DNA of 64,000 nucleotides from Candidatus Heimdallarchaeota archaeon (GTDB lineage Archaea; Asgardarchaeota; Heimdallarchaeia; Heimdallarchaeales; Heimdallarchaeaceae): assembly GCA_018238545.1 (NCBI GenBank), contig JABCTC010000014.1:1-64000 (forward strand), written 5' to 3'. Positions 45,570 through 56,111 of the stretch are shown here, piece after piece. The translations under genes and the position numbers were made by a program. Each line of letters begins with the position of its first letter. Within the stretch, counting starts at the first letter, position 1. Below the pieces are notes generated by a model. It was not told the DNA's origin, made no database searches, and saw only the letters and a list, made by a program, of their open reading frames with translations.

Positions 45570-47768
45570 TTAACCATGGAATTCGAAGAACTTCTTTAAC
45601 CTCTCTGAAATTTTTTCTTTTACTGGTTGAACGACATGAAAGTTCTCTTTTAACCAGTTGGGGAGGTGTTTTTTATAATAGTGACGAGCAAATCGGTAAT
45701 CTAGGAGTACGATAACGGCATAATCCTCTAAGCTACGAATAGGTCTTCCAGCTGCTTGAGAAGCTCTAGTTAATGCAGGAATATTATACCCAAATTCTCT
45801 TCCTTTGGTTGGAAATTGGCTTTCCAAATATTCTATAGATGCATTGACAGTAGGCGTTGGTCGAGCATAAGGTATCCCCACTACAATCACACTTTGCATT
45901 TGGCTACCAGGATAGTCGCTCCCCTCTGATGACCTTCCTCCAAGTACGGATAATAAGACTCCACCCTCTCTCTTAGATTCTTTCTTGAAGGCATTGATTA
46001 AATCATCTGTTTCTAAAGAAGACATACCTTTGTGAGTTGTGAATAACGGTTTTGACAACTTCTTTTCAAGATCCGAATCGAGTAGACTCTCCATTACAAC
46101 ATAACTTGCACAAAAAATACCCGTGTTTTTCGGAGTTGAATCTACAACTGCTTCAATGATACTTACCATGCTTGCATAAGTTGTAGGTGTTCTATCTTCC
46201 AATTTTGATGATAATTTGTCGATTACTAAAGTTACATGATTTTCATTTTTATATGGTGATGGTAATAGTAAAGGTACAACCTTATTTGAATTTAAACCAA
46301 TTAAAGACATATATGATTCAATTGGGTCAAGTGTTCCAGATGCAGAAACTGTCGAATATGCTTTTGAGAATATTTCTTCTGTCATTGTTCGTGGATCTAA
46401 CGACAGTGTTACTAATCTTGGAATTGGGTTACCAGTTTTTGATTCACTTTTTGTCAGAAAATGGGCGAATTCAACCTTTTCTTTAGTTTCTACTAAAACA
46501 CTAAGATGATTTGCAACAGCTGAAGCATAGGATAGAGGTGCTTTGTTTTGCTTGATTTGCTGATTTTTTACTAAATCACCTAGATGGTTGAGAGACTGAA
46601 TTAATTCTTTATCTATTGTCATATTAGCTCTTCTTTCTACAGTAAGAAGAAAATCCGATGAATCAATTCTTATTTCCTGATTTTTGTCCATGTTTTTTAT
46701 TTCATTCATCAAAGTAGCTGAAAAAGATTCAAGAAAATCATAAACTTCTCCTTCTCTGTGTTTCATAGCTTCTGACAAAGCAGTATCAATAGAATAGTTT
46801 GACAAACTTGAACTACTTATATCAACAGCAGTTGAAGGAAGATTGTGTGCTTCATCAATAATAACTATAAGATTTGAAAGCTCTTTCTCAAGCTTGGTTA
46901 AGAGAATTTTTCTAATGAATGGATTGAAAACATATTGATAACTTGTTGCAACCACATCTACTTTAGGAAGTGACCTGACTGAAATTTCAAAAGGGCACAC
47001 TTCGAGATTCTGACCAATTTCTATTAATTCTTTACTGTCTAGAACCTTATTTTGAATTATTTTATCTGCACTATCTGACTTTGATTTATTTGCAAGGTTT
47101 GTGAAATATTTGCATTTTCCTTCCTTCTTTAGAAACCTGCAGATGTCAGCTGCATTAGCTGCATCCACTGAGAATTTTTTGATAATATGATGTAAACATA
47201 ATTCTCTTCTCCCCCTTAGTGCTAAACCTGATATTTGATTGAGTTGTTTTATTAGTTTTAATTCTTCAACAACTCTACTCATTTGTTGATGAGTTCTACA
47301 ACAATATACAATTGTTTTCTTTTTTTCTTTTGCTATTGGCAAAGTAGCTGATAATAAAGAGATGGTTTTTCCAACACCATTTGCAGCTTGAATAATAATT
47401 TGAGAGCCTTCAGACATATTTTCAGAAATCGTTTCTATCATCTGTTTTTGTAGGGGTCTTATCTCTAGATAAGGAAAGTACTTCTCCCATTCTACAGTTG
47501 CTGAACTTATGTCCTTTTTAATGCCTACTGTGCTCTCTTTCAATTCTTCTTGTAAATGATCTGAATCAATGTCTCCGTTTCCTAAGCTGTCATTTACAGC
47601 GATATATGATCCACATTTTGTGCATCTAGATTTTCCGTCTATCACCAGAATTTTTCCACAGGTGGGACAAAAAGTGTAGTGATCTTCAATCTTGGATACT
47701 TTGCCCGAGCGATTATTGTTCATAAGTTCGTTTCTTCTTTCAATGTGCCTTATTAAAATCTTTGTCAA
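45570..47768 (-). CDS. XPD/Rad3-family Fe-S DNA helicase with extra N-terminal Zn ribbon
   Basis: RPLQ, AANGVGKT, RTHQQ, four Fe-S Cys, IIDEAHNL, SGTL, SEGSD, QAAGRPIR, LDYRF. Likely start ATG 47723. Confidence 0.9.
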   Translation of the reverse strand: MTKILIRHIERRNELMNNNRSGKVSKIEDHYTFCPTCGKILVIDGKSRCTKCGSYIAVNDSLGNGDIDSDHLQEELKESTVGIKKDISSATVEWEKYFPYLEIRPLQKQMIETISENMSEGSQIIIQAANGVGKTISLLSATLPIAKEKKKTIVYCCRTHQQMSRVVEELKLIKQLNQISGLALRGRRELCLHHIIKKFSVDAANAADICRFLKKEGKCKYFTNLANKSKSDSADKIIQNKVLDSKELIEIGQNLEVCPFEISVRSLPKVDVVATSYQYVFNPFIRKILLTKLEKELSNLIVIIDEAHNLPSTAVDISSSSLSNYSIDTALSEAMKHREGEVYDFLESFSATLMNEIKNMDKNQEIRIDSSDFLLTVERRANMTIDKELIQSLNHLGDLVKNQQIKQNKAPLSYASAVANHLSVLVETKEKVEFAHFLTKSESKTGNPIPRLVTLSLDPRTMTEEIFSKAYSTVSASGTLDPIESYMSLIGLNSNKVVPLLLPSPYKNENHVTLVIDKLSSKLEDRTPTTYASMVSIIEAVVDSTPKNTGIFCASYVVMESLLDSDLEKKLSKPLFTTHKGMSSLETDDLINAFKKESKREGGVLLSVLGGRSSEGSDYPGSQMQSVIVVGIPYARPTPTVNASIEYLESQFPTKGREFGYNIPALTRASQAAGRPIRSLEDYAVIVLLDYRFARHYYKKHLPNWLKENFHVVQPVKEKISERLKKFFEFHG

Positions 47769-48043
47769 GACTAAGGTGCATAATTAAGAAACTATAAATT
47801 TAGTATATTTTCACTAGAATTTTTTGTTCGATTGCTTAACTTTATATGAATTCGTGTACAATATATGTATAGTTGCTACTTAAACCAGATTTGAATAGAA
47901 ATTCAAGTAAATGTTTATATACAACAGATTCACAAAAGTAATTTCGTGAGAATTAAGCTCACAAAATATGGTTCAGAACTAATTCAGCAAGTTTTACTTG
48001 CTTTAGAGGTCACAGTAGAAAGTCTGGTTTCAGGTAAAGCTTA

Positions 48044-49819
48044 ATGACTCAAGAACAGAATAGAAATTTAGAAGAATTGTTGGAAAATACCGCCGTCCTA
48101 TTGGATACTATAGCTTCTGAAATCATACATTCGACAAATAAAATCTATGCCTGCTACCACCCTGGTGACATTAATTCTAGTCTGTTCGATTTTAAAAACA
48201 GAAATATAATTGATGATTTTAATCAAAACTTTGGTGTAATTAAGGAAACACTGAAGAAAAACATTGCTTCTCTTCCATACAAAGAGAAAAACGATGAAAT
48301 TCTAATTTTAGCAAACCTTCTCTCCGAATTGAAGGAATTTGATTTAGCTTTAGATTTGTACAAAAATCTCGCGAAACTAGACAATAACCACTTTGCTTGG
48401 ACAAATCTTATGACAATTTATATCCATAAGGGGATGCATTCAGATGCAATGGAATGTTATCTTTATTTGCCTCCTGATTTCATTGAGCATTCAACCAATG
48501 AAAAAACTGATTCAAGTGCAGATTCTTACAGGATTTTGAATATTTCAACTACTTACCCCATGTATCATTCACTTCGTTCTTTAGGGAGTCAAGTGAAAGA
48601 ATCTAAAGAATTAAAACAACAATATGAACAAGAACTGAGAGACTTGTACTCCATAAAAGAATTTGTGAAAGGTCAAGAAGAATTAGCAAATGGGAACTTC
48701 GATGAAGCTTTCATTCAGCTTACAAGTATCTCACAGAAATTCTCTGATAGTCATGTTCTGCAATTTTTCATTGGTAGTGCTGCTTTGGAAGGCAAACATT
48801 ATATCATAGCAGAAGAATACTTTAAGAAAGCAATTCAGATCAAAAGTGAGATTCCCGAGTATTGGGGTGAGCTCGCTGAATGTTTCTTTGCACAACATAA
48901 GAATGATCAAGCTATAAAGTCTTTGAAAACAGCTTTAACAATTGATCCTGCCAGCCAAAGATGTTGGGAATTGGCAGGGAGAATGATTTTTACTATTGAA
49001 TCACAAGGAGAATATGATTATTTTATCAAACAGATACAGTTGATGCCTTCAGCTGCTGCGATTCTAAATTTTGTTGATGGACTTATACAAAAGAAGAGAT
49101 ATGATAATACATTAGAAATTCTTCAAATTGGTGTTTCTAAGTTTCCTGAAAATACTAACATAATGGAAAACCTAGCTCTAGTTTATGAACGAATGGGTAA
49201 ATTTGATGAAGCAATTGGGATATACGAAGAGCTTCTTATGTCTGGTAAATCAGTTCAGAAATACTTAAGAAAAATCACTTCAATCCTTACAGTTTTACAC
49301 GATGACAAGAGACTTGTAAAAATCCTCAAGATGGTATCCTCCTATCTTCCATGGGATGAAACTACTCTATGGAATAAAATAGGTGATTTGCTTATGAGAG
49401 CTAAAGATTATCTTGGAGCAAGTGAAGCGTTCAGAAAAGTAATCTCTTTTGATGCTGCTGATCCTCGTATTCTATTCAATTTAGGTCTTGCCTATCAAGA
49501 ATTAAACCTTTACAAGAAAGCTGAAGAAACATATAGAAAAGTACTTTCCTTAAATCCTAATGATCATGCTGCATTAAATAATCTTGGAAATGTATTGAAA
49601 GAGTTAAAGCGATATGATGAAGCTATTGACACATATCAAACAACTATTGATATTGAACCAAAGAAAGCTATTTCTTGGGCTAACTTAGGTATTCTTTACG
49701 AAGAACTAAAATTAAAAAATGAAGCAAGAGAGTGCTATCAGAAAGCTAAGGACATTGCTTTAAAAAACAAGGATTACAAATCAGCTGCCCAATTCGAAGA
49801 ATGGGAAAACTCCTTATGA
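48044..49819 (+). CDS. Tetratricopeptide repeat protein
   Basis: Repeated W/F-NLG..Y..A...Y.K.L...P units in the C-terminal two thirds. Confidence 0.9.
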   Translation: MTQEQNRNLEELLENTAVLLDTIASEIIHSTNKIYACYHPGDINSSLFDFKNRNIIDDFNQNFGVIKETLKKNIASLPYKEKNDEILILANLLSELKEFDLALDLYKNLAKLDNNHFAWTNLMTIYIHKGMHSDAMECYLYLPPDFIEHSTNEKTDSSADSYRILNISTTYPMYHSLRSLGSQVKESKELKQQYEQELRDLYSIKEFVKGQEELANGNFDEAFIQLTSISQKFSDSHVLQFFIGSAALEGKHYIIAEEYFKKAIQIKSEIPEYWGELAECFFAQHKNDQAIKSLKTALTIDPASQRCWELAGRMIFTIESQGEYDYFIKQIQLMPSAAAILNFVDGLIQKKRYDNTLEILQIGVSKFPENTNIMENLALVYERMGKFDEAIGIYEELLMSGKSVQKYLRKITSILTVLHDDKRLVKILKMVSSYLPWDETTLWNKIGDLLMRAKDYLGASEAFRKVISFDAADPRILFNLGLAYQELNLYKKAEETYRKVLSLNPNDHAALNNLGNVLKELKRYDEAIDTYQTTIDIEPKKAISWANLGILYEELKLKNEARECYQKAKDIALKNKDYKSAAQFEEWENSL

Positions 49820-50379
49820 ACTCTGAAGAAAAAGTAAATCTTCCAGATTGGAAGATAGCTCAAAAGTCCATAGCTAAGTTTCTATCAGACAAAAGTTTTA
49901 ACGTGTGGGAAGAAAGATCTATAGGGAAAAAACGAGTAGATGTATTAGCTAAACGTGAATATAAGGGAAAAACATTCTATCTTATTTTTGAGGTAAAGCA
50001 TTATCAAAATGTTACTCCCAGTGTAGAAGAAAAATTTGTTCTACAACTAGAAGAATACGTACAAGCTCTTATTTTAAGAGAAACAAAAAGGAAATCAAGC
50101 AACCAAATTTTTGAACATTATGTATTCATAGGATATCTGATACTATCAAAGGATTATGGTATTTTTTTGAATAGAAAAAAGAATTGGCGGAAAAAACCAT
50201 TTTTTATAGAAAATGTTGAGTTAAGTAAAATATGGAAGAGAAATGTTCACTTTTATTGTTCATCACCCAAATTCATTAGAAAAAACTTGGAGTCACAGGG
50301 AATTTCTTTCTATACACAATCTAAGATATCAGATTTTCTGACGCACAGTAGCAATAATCATAAAAATCCTAAATTGTAA
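49816..50379 (+). CDS. PD-(D/E)XK nuclease-fold protein with C-terminal PIP-like motif
   Basis: WEE..RVDVLA..IFEVKHY and QLEEY. C-terminal QSKISDFL. ATG 49816 overlaps the TPR stop (ATGA). Confidence 0.65.
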   Translation: MNSEEKVNLPDWKIAQKSIAKFLSDKSFNVWEERSIGKKRVDVLAKREYKGKTFYLIFEVKHYQNVTPSVEEKFVLQLEEYVQALILRETKRKSSNQIFEHYVFIGYLILSKDYGIFLNRKKNWRKKPFFIENVELSKIWKRNVHFYCSSPKFIRKNLESQGISFYTQSKISDFLTHSSNNHKNPKL

Positions 50380-50390
50380 TTATCTAATAG

Positions 50391-51314
50391 ATGAGTATTA
50401 ATCTTTCATCACTAAAGGATCAAATGTTTGCAATCCATATAATCGATCAAGGTATAAGTTTACATAGTGAGAAATTCTCTGATTTTCTTAACATAGACAA
50501 TGTTTTGGTTTTGGGGTTTATCTCTGCTCTTCAAAGTTATACATATTCAATTGGTGATGAAGAAGTTCTCTCGATGGACTTTGGAAAAGCGAAGTTTTTG
50601 TTTAGATCTCTTTATGATAAAAAATTACTTATTGTTATAATGAAGAAAGCTTTATCTCAAGAACAAGAACAAGCTATACTCGATGAATTAGCAACAAAAT
50701 ATGAGTTCATAGTATCTGATAAAGATATATCTGAAATTCAATCTCTTATTGATATTAAAGAGAGATTAATACCACTTGAATTAGTTGTTGAAATGAGGAG
50801 AAAAGGTGAAAAGCTCCCATCGTCAGTTTCAATTGACGACGCAATACTTATTCCTCCTCCACCTTCTATCTTAGCAATACCGGAGGTGAAAGTGGAACAA
50901 TTTTATCTAGAGGTTTTGGTAAACGAAATTGTTCTTACAGAGGAAATCATGAATCAAATAAAGAAAACTCTTAGTAACTTCTTTCTAGGTTACAAAAAAC
51001 TTTTAGTGGGTCTATTTGTAATTGCAAAAAATAACGCTCTTATTCCATTCGCTTTTAGCAGAAAACCAATAGACGAAGTATACCCCCTAATACAGAATGT
51101 TCTAGCCAATCCTGTTATTCGAGATAAAACATTAGATACGGATCATAACTACCCTCAGAAGATTGAGATAGAAAACCAAGAACTCTGGGTTCTTACAAAT
51201 ACAGCGAGCAAACATGCTGCTCGTACTGTTTTGTTCAGTCTTTCAGAAGACGAACTTAACTCAATGATTCCACATTTGAGCAGAATTATGCATTTTTTCA
51301 AGAAGATAGTGTGA
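50391..51314 (+). CDS. Longin-like N-domain protein with Pro-rich linker and second alpha/beta (roadblock-like) domain
   Basis: AIHIIDQGISLHS..LVLGFISALQSY..SMDFG..LLIVI is a typical Asgard longin-like pattern. IPPPP linker. Confidence 0.6.
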   Translation: MSINLSSLKDQMFAIHIIDQGISLHSEKFSDFLNIDNVLVLGFISALQSYTYSIGDEEVLSMDFGKAKFLFRSLYDKKLLIVIMKKALSQEQEQAILDELATKYEFIVSDKDISEIQSLIDIKERLIPLELVVEMRRKGEKLPSSVSIDDAILIPPPPSILAIPEVKVEQFYLEVLVNEIVLTEEIMNQIKKTLSNFFLGYKKLLVGLFVIAKNNALIPFAFSRKPIDEVYPLIQNVLANPVIRDKTLDTDHNYPQKIEIENQELWVLTNTASKHAARTVLFSLSEDELNSMIPHLSRIMHFFKKIV

Positions 51315-51455
51315 TTTATTGCCACTTTTTATATTAATCTCCCATTTTACTATAAATGAACATTAGTCAGAATAATTTTTAAACACGCGAAATATTTAAA
51401 TCACAAACAAAGATAAGATTGATAAAGGGTAAACTGTTAAACATTCTTTAGAGAA

Positions 51456-51845
51456 TTGGTGGATAAAATGAGCTTATCAGGACAACAGATAGAAAAAATG
51501 CTACATGAGTTTGAATCAAATACTGAAGGAGTACTTGGTTGTTCAATAATAACTGCTAAGGATGCACTATTATTAGCTGAATCCTCACAAAAATTTGAAC
51601 GATTGGTTATTCAATGGTTAAGTGAAAAAATGTTATCTTTAGCAAAAGAATCGCTTAAACAACTCATGAATGAATTTACTTTGATGAGTGTAACCATTGA
51701 GGAAAAAGATAATTTAATATATCTGAGACCAATCGGTGAATATTACTATGCTGTGATAATTACAACGAAAGAAGAAAATAGAGGTCTTTTAGAGCACAAT
51801 ATCAAGAGATTATTGCAACAGCTTGCCCCAATGATGATTAAATAA
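51456..51845 (+). CDS. Roadblock/LC7-domain protein
   Basis: GVLGCSIITAKDALLLAE..VTIE..IYLRPIG..NRGLL. Probable start ATG 51468. Confidence 0.75.
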   Translation: MVDKMSLSGQQIEKMLHEFESNTEGVLGCSIITAKDALLLAESSQKFERLVIQWLSEKMLSLAKESLKQLMNEFTLMSVTIEEKDNLIYLRPIGEYYYAVIITTKEENRGLLEHNIKRLLQQLAPMMIK

Positions 51846-51860
51846 TCTAAGTACTAAAGG

Positions 51861-52256
51861 TTGAAAATTATGGATGTTACAACGTTAAAAATATTAGCAA
51901 AAATGGCTAATGGTGAGGAAGGGAAAAATATCAGATTCCAATTTGTTTCTTCTGATAGTGATGAAGTTATTTGTTCATCCAGCACTTTAGAGGAACTTTA
52001 TGAATGTGTTACTAAGATTGATCCTGATGTTTTGCATAAGCACGTTTGTGCATGCGAAGATTCAGAAGAGACTACTAATGCAAAAGATCTTGCTTTTTAT
52101 GTTCATTATGTTTTTGGTGACATAGAATTATCCATGAAATTGTATAGTGCAGCAGAACGATTTCAAGATGATCCTAAAAAGTTGAAACTTGAAATTGGGA
52201 ACCTATTTTTTACTAGACTTCTAAATTTCAGTGAAATAGCACTAATTCCAGATTAA
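51861..52256 (+). CDS. DUF5752-like hypothetical protein
   Basis: F.F..STLEELYECV..ID..LHKH..DLAFYVHYVFGDIELS resembles the DUF5752 pattern. Confidence 0.5.
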   Translation: MKIMDVTTLKILAKMANGEEGKNIRFQFVSSDSDEVICSSSTLEELYECVTKIDPDVLHKHVCACEDSEETTNAKDLAFYVHYVFGDIELSMKLYSAAERFQDDPKKLKLEIGNLFFTRLLNFSEIALIPD

Positions 52257-52324
52257 GGTGATAATCACAATTCTTTTTTATAATTTCTTTTTGTTAGTTA
52301 TTATTCTAAATTAACAGGTGTTAT

Positions 52325-54457
52325 ATGTTGAAAGCTAAATGTCCGAATTGCAAAGGTAAAGGCACTGTAATTACTGAAAAGATGAACTGTCCAACATGTT
52401 TAGGGATTGGAAAAACATCCTTTTCGTTAGGAAGTGGAGATGAAGGTCAACCTTGTGAGAAATGCAAAGGTACAGGAAAAGTTATTTTTCAGTCCAAATG
52501 CAAGACATGTGATGGCTCAAAATTCGTTTTCTTCTGCAAACAATGTAATAAAATGATGAAAACCCAAACTTCTTCAGGTTTGTGTTTGACTTGCCAAAAC
52601 AAAAAAGATCCTGTAGTATACTCGCTTAAACCTCCAATGGATTCCCAATTAGTGAGAAAGGAGATGCATCTTCTGTCAAGAGTTGAAAGTGTGAAAAAGA
52701 TGGGTGTTTTTGTTAAGGTTGCACCAGATACCAATGTACTAATACGCTCAAATGATGTAACACAAGATTATGCATGGGATATAGGGGAAGAAGTAATTGT
52801 AAAGATATCTTATATCAATGATAAAGGAAAATTCTTCGGTGTTCCTGTCCATTTCAAAAAATTTGTTGTTGAACCGTTAAGAGGAAGAGTTAGGAAGCTT
52901 CGGGTTGAGGATTTAAAACCTAATATGATGGGCTCATTTATAGGACTAACTGCTAAGATTGTATCAGTTATGCAGACACCTGGTCCAACAAGATTCAATT
53001 TAGTTGATCCTACAGGCTCAATAAGTGGAGCGGCTTTCACTAAACCCGGTGAAAGAGCCTTCCCTGAATTTGAAGAAGATATGGTAGTTTCTGTATTTGG
53101 TGAAATTAATACTCATCGTGATGTTATTCAGATTGAGATTCGTGATATGGACCAATTAGATTCTGATGAAAGTAATATCCTAATCGATGAAATTGAAAAA
53201 GCGATAGATAAAAAAGCAACTCCTAAGAAAATTGATTTTTCAATAAAAAGTCCGATACTCGATAAGCTGCGACCTGGTTTAACAGATGCTGCTAAACGAA
53301 TAAAACGGGCAATTTTAACTGGGCAACCAATTCACGTTCGAAATCATGCTGATGCGGATGGAACTGTTGCTGGTTTTGCAGTACAATTAGCTATTAAGAA
53401 ACTTATGGAGACGGAAGGATACGATCCTGATACTATACGAACTAGACTGAAAAGACTTCCAAACAAGCCTCCTTTTTATGATGCTATTGATGTTACAAAG
53501 GATTTGGATTTTGCTTTAGCTGATCAAGTTAGATTTGGAGATAAACTACCTCTGTTTGTGTGTCTGGATTTTGGATCTAGTACAGAGTCCTTATTCCCAT
53601 ATCTACAGATAAAAGCTTTAGATTTAGAAATAATTGTAATAGACCACCATTTACCAGACAAGGAAATACAAGATCTGGTTGACATTCATGTTAATCCTTA
53701 TTTTGTTGGTGGAGGTTATGAGCTTTCAGCTGGAATGTTAGGTGTTGAACTAGCTAGAATTATCTATCCTGATGTTCACGAAGAAATCATTCATTTACCC
53801 GCAATAGCGGGGTTAATGGACAGGGTCGAAGGGAAAGAAATTATAGCGTATATAAAACTTGCAGAGAAAAAAGGTTACTCTGTTGATGATCTAAGAACTA
53901 TAGGTTTAGCTATTGATTTTGAGGTTTATCAGCTAAGATTTTCTGAAGGTTATAATACTATGAAAATACTTTTTGGAATTGAAACTAATCAAGAATGGCA
54001 TTCTAAAATGTATAATCTAATTGGGAATGAAGCAAAAAAATTACTTGAAACTTCCTTAAAAGACTCATTACCTCATTGTAAAAAGAAAGTATTAGCAAAT
54101 GGAACACTTCTAGTTACAATTGATGTTGAATTGTATACCCATCGTTTCACATTTCCAAATCCTGGAAAAATAACCGGACTGATATTTGACCATTTTTGCT
54201 CTAAAAATAAGGACAAAGCAGTTGTAACACTGGGGGAAGGACCAGATTTTCTTATACTTCGCTCCAAAGGATTAAACATCAATTTCCCTGAAGTAGTAAA
54301 ATTAATGCGAAAGGAGATATCTGAAGCTGGAGTCGAGGGAGGAGGACATGAAGTTGTAGGTTCTCTGAAGTTTTATGAAGGGGAACGAGATAAAGTTAAA
54401 ACATTTTTTGTAGAACACCTGACAAAATTAAAAACTAATATAGAAAAAGCAGAATGA
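52325..54457 (+). CDS. Archaeal RecJ-like DHH exonuclease with DnaJ-type Zn finger, S1 and OB domains (COG1107 type)
   Basis: CxxCxGxG repeats, QTPGPTRF, HADADG, LDFGS, IDHH, GGGHE. Confidence 0.9.
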   Translation: MLKAKCPNCKGKGTVITEKMNCPTCLGIGKTSFSLGSGDEGQPCEKCKGTGKVIFQSKCKTCDGSKFVFFCKQCNKMMKTQTSSGLCLTCQNKKDPVVYSLKPPMDSQLVRKEMHLLSRVESVKKMGVFVKVAPDTNVLIRSNDVTQDYAWDIGEEVIVKISYINDKGKFFGVPVHFKKFVVEPLRGRVRKLRVEDLKPNMMGSFIGLTAKIVSVMQTPGPTRFNLVDPTGSISGAAFTKPGERAFPEFEEDMVVSVFGEINTHRDVIQIEIRDMDQLDSDESNILIDEIEKAIDKKATPKKIDFSIKSPILDKLRPGLTDAAKRIKRAILTGQPIHVRNHADADGTVAGFAVQLAIKKLMETEGYDPDTIRTRLKRLPNKPPFYDAIDVTKDLDFALADQVRFGDKLPLFVCLDFGSSTESLFPYLQIKALDLEIIVIDHHLPDKEIQDLVDIHVNPYFVGGGYELSAGMLGVELARIIYPDVHEEIIHLPAIAGLMDRVEGKEIIAYIKLAEKKGYSVDDLRTIGLAIDFEVYQLRFSEGYNTMKILFGIETNQEWHSKMYNLIGNEAKKLLETSLKDSLPHCKKKVLANGTLLVTIDVELYTHRFTFPNPGKITGLIFDHFCSKNKDKAVVTLGEGPDFLILRSKGLNINFPEVVKLMRKEISEAGVEGGGHEVVGSLKFYEGERDKVKTFFVEHLTKLKTNIEKAE

Positions 54458-54465
54458 AGAGGAAA

Positions 54466-55992
54466 TTATCTCTTCTTTTTCTTATCTTTTCTTCTGAAAA
54501 CTTTGTTGAAACCTTTCGTTACGCCTTTTTTGCTTGCGGTATATGCTCCAGTTATGGTTCCAGCTACTTTTTTAGATGGATCAACAAATACTTTCTTTGC
54601 AGTTGATTTAGCTCCGGCCTTTACACCTTGTTTAATAAGCGTATTTGCATATTGTTTCCAAGAATCTTCTCCTTTTCGAACTCTGTCTATTCTCTCTACT
54701 AGTTCTTCGTAAGGTGGTAGAAACTCAAATCGATATAAAGTTGGTGAGCCATATCTCCTAAAATCTTCAGACCATAAATAGTTAAGCAAGAAGAATATCA
54801 ATAAACAAGTAAGTAATATTACTGCAAATTTATCTTTTATTCCAACTAGTTCATTCTTTGTCAAGAAGAACTCACTAAAAATATCGTCACCCGATAGAAA
54901 TTGCAGATAAGTCACATGATAGCTTAGAATCAAACCCATAACAGTCATAAGTATCCCTAATGGTCCGATTGATCTAGGGATATTAAGAAGAGCCCATCTT
55001 TCCTCCCCTTCCTCATCTATCTTTTCTATTTCTATGTCTCCTATCTCTATTGATTTCTTTTCTTTTTCTTCTTGTTCAACAGTTTCATCTTTAGTTGAAT
55101 CTGCTTCTATTTTCTTGATTTTCTTTGCATAATTAGAAACAGTATAGAAAATGAAAAACAATGCAACTAGTACGCTTCCAACATTATCGCTAGGTAATGA
55201 ATCCGTTACAGTGTAATATGTTAGTTTCCAAAGAGTAAAGGAAGCTATAACGTAGAAGAAAGATAAAATTGTGTAAAATACATCATCTTTTTTGCCAAGC
55301 TTAAAAATAATTATGTTAACTAAAATAATAGCTATTAGCGAGAATCCAGCTGTTATTAGCAAAGAAAGATTGAATTGATTAAATGACCTGAAGATGAGAT
55401 ATCCCGTCATGCCCAAGTTAACTAATGACAAAATGAAAACAACACTTCCAAACAGTACCGAGCCTTCATCAGCTCTCTTTCCAATAAACATTACACTCCC
55501 AAACATTCTATTTCCCCAAAAATTTCGTGATAAAGAGAATGTTAGAAATACAGAAATTAAAATCCAACCAAGATACCCAATTGCTGCAATATAGGGTGAT
55601 ATTGCGGGGAGGAAATATATTGTCGCAGATCCACCCGCAGCTGCTATGAAAGCAGGAATTCCCCAATACTTTAAGGGATATCTAGCAAATAGTAAACCAA
55701 AAAACACATATGTAACAGCGAAGGATAATTCCACCACGATTAAGATAGAACTTATCTCTCTTAGAAGTTCAGCGGAAACCGATTGTATATTTGCTCCAAT
55801 TAAGTAGAAAACCGTTGAAGTAACTGATATTAGAAAGAATGCTATTGTATAAAATAAGTATTTCTTACTAAAGAGTATTCTGAAACCACTTGTGAATATG
55901 TTCTTGATATACTGATAAAATGCTTTTTCAACATATGACATGAAGATATAATAGACGGAGATAAATAAAAAACTTCGCATAACAAGCTTCAA
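54466..55992 (-). CDS. Polytopic membrane protein with acidic loop and basic C-tail
   Basis: About 11 hydrophobic segments. Likely start ATG 55941 (MSYVEKAF). Confidence 0.7.
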   Translation of the reverse strand: MKLVMRSFLFISVYYIFMSYVEKAFYQYIKNIFTSGFRILFSKKYLFYTIAFFLISVTSTVFYLIGANIQSVSAELLREISSILIVVELSFAVTYVFFGLLFARYPLKYWGIPAFIAAAGGSATIYFLPAISPYIAAIGYLGWILISVFLTFSLSRNFWGNRMFGSVMFIGKRADEGSVLFGSVVFILSLVNLGMTGYLIFRSFNQFNLSLLITAGFSLIAIILVNIIIFKLGKKDDVFYTILSFFYVIASFTLWKLTYYTVTDSLPSDNVGSVLVALFFIFYTVSNYAKKIKKIEADSTKDETVEQEEKEKKSIEIGDIEIEKIDEEGEERWALLNIPRSIGPLGILMTVMGLILSYHVTYLQFLSGDDIFSEFFLTKNELVGIKDKFAVILLTCLLIFFLLNYLWSEDFRRYGSPTLYRFEFLPPYEELVERIDRVRKGEDSWKQYANTLIKQGVKAGAKSTAKKVFVDPSKKVAGTITGAYTASKKGVTKGFNKVFRRKDKKKKR

Positions 55993-56111
55993 ATCTAGAA
56001 GAAATTGTCTTAAACTACTCTTTTTAAATCTGCATTGATTTTCCTTTAATAATTCTCTTTATTGTGTCATCTACGCTCCAATGTATTTATGAATAAGGAG
56101 AAGATTGTTTT

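Noticed and set aside
47769-48043. Several short inverted repeats in the XPD/TPR divergent intergenic region (GCAAGT-TTT-ACTTGC, GTGAG-N7-CTCAC)
   Set aside because: Arms of 5-6 bp are expected by chance in AT-rich DNA, and there is no repeated consensus.
49816-50379. Restriction-modification or anti-phage defence system
   Set aside because: No methyltransferase, defence ATPase or mobile-element context. The neighbours are housekeeping or signalling genes.
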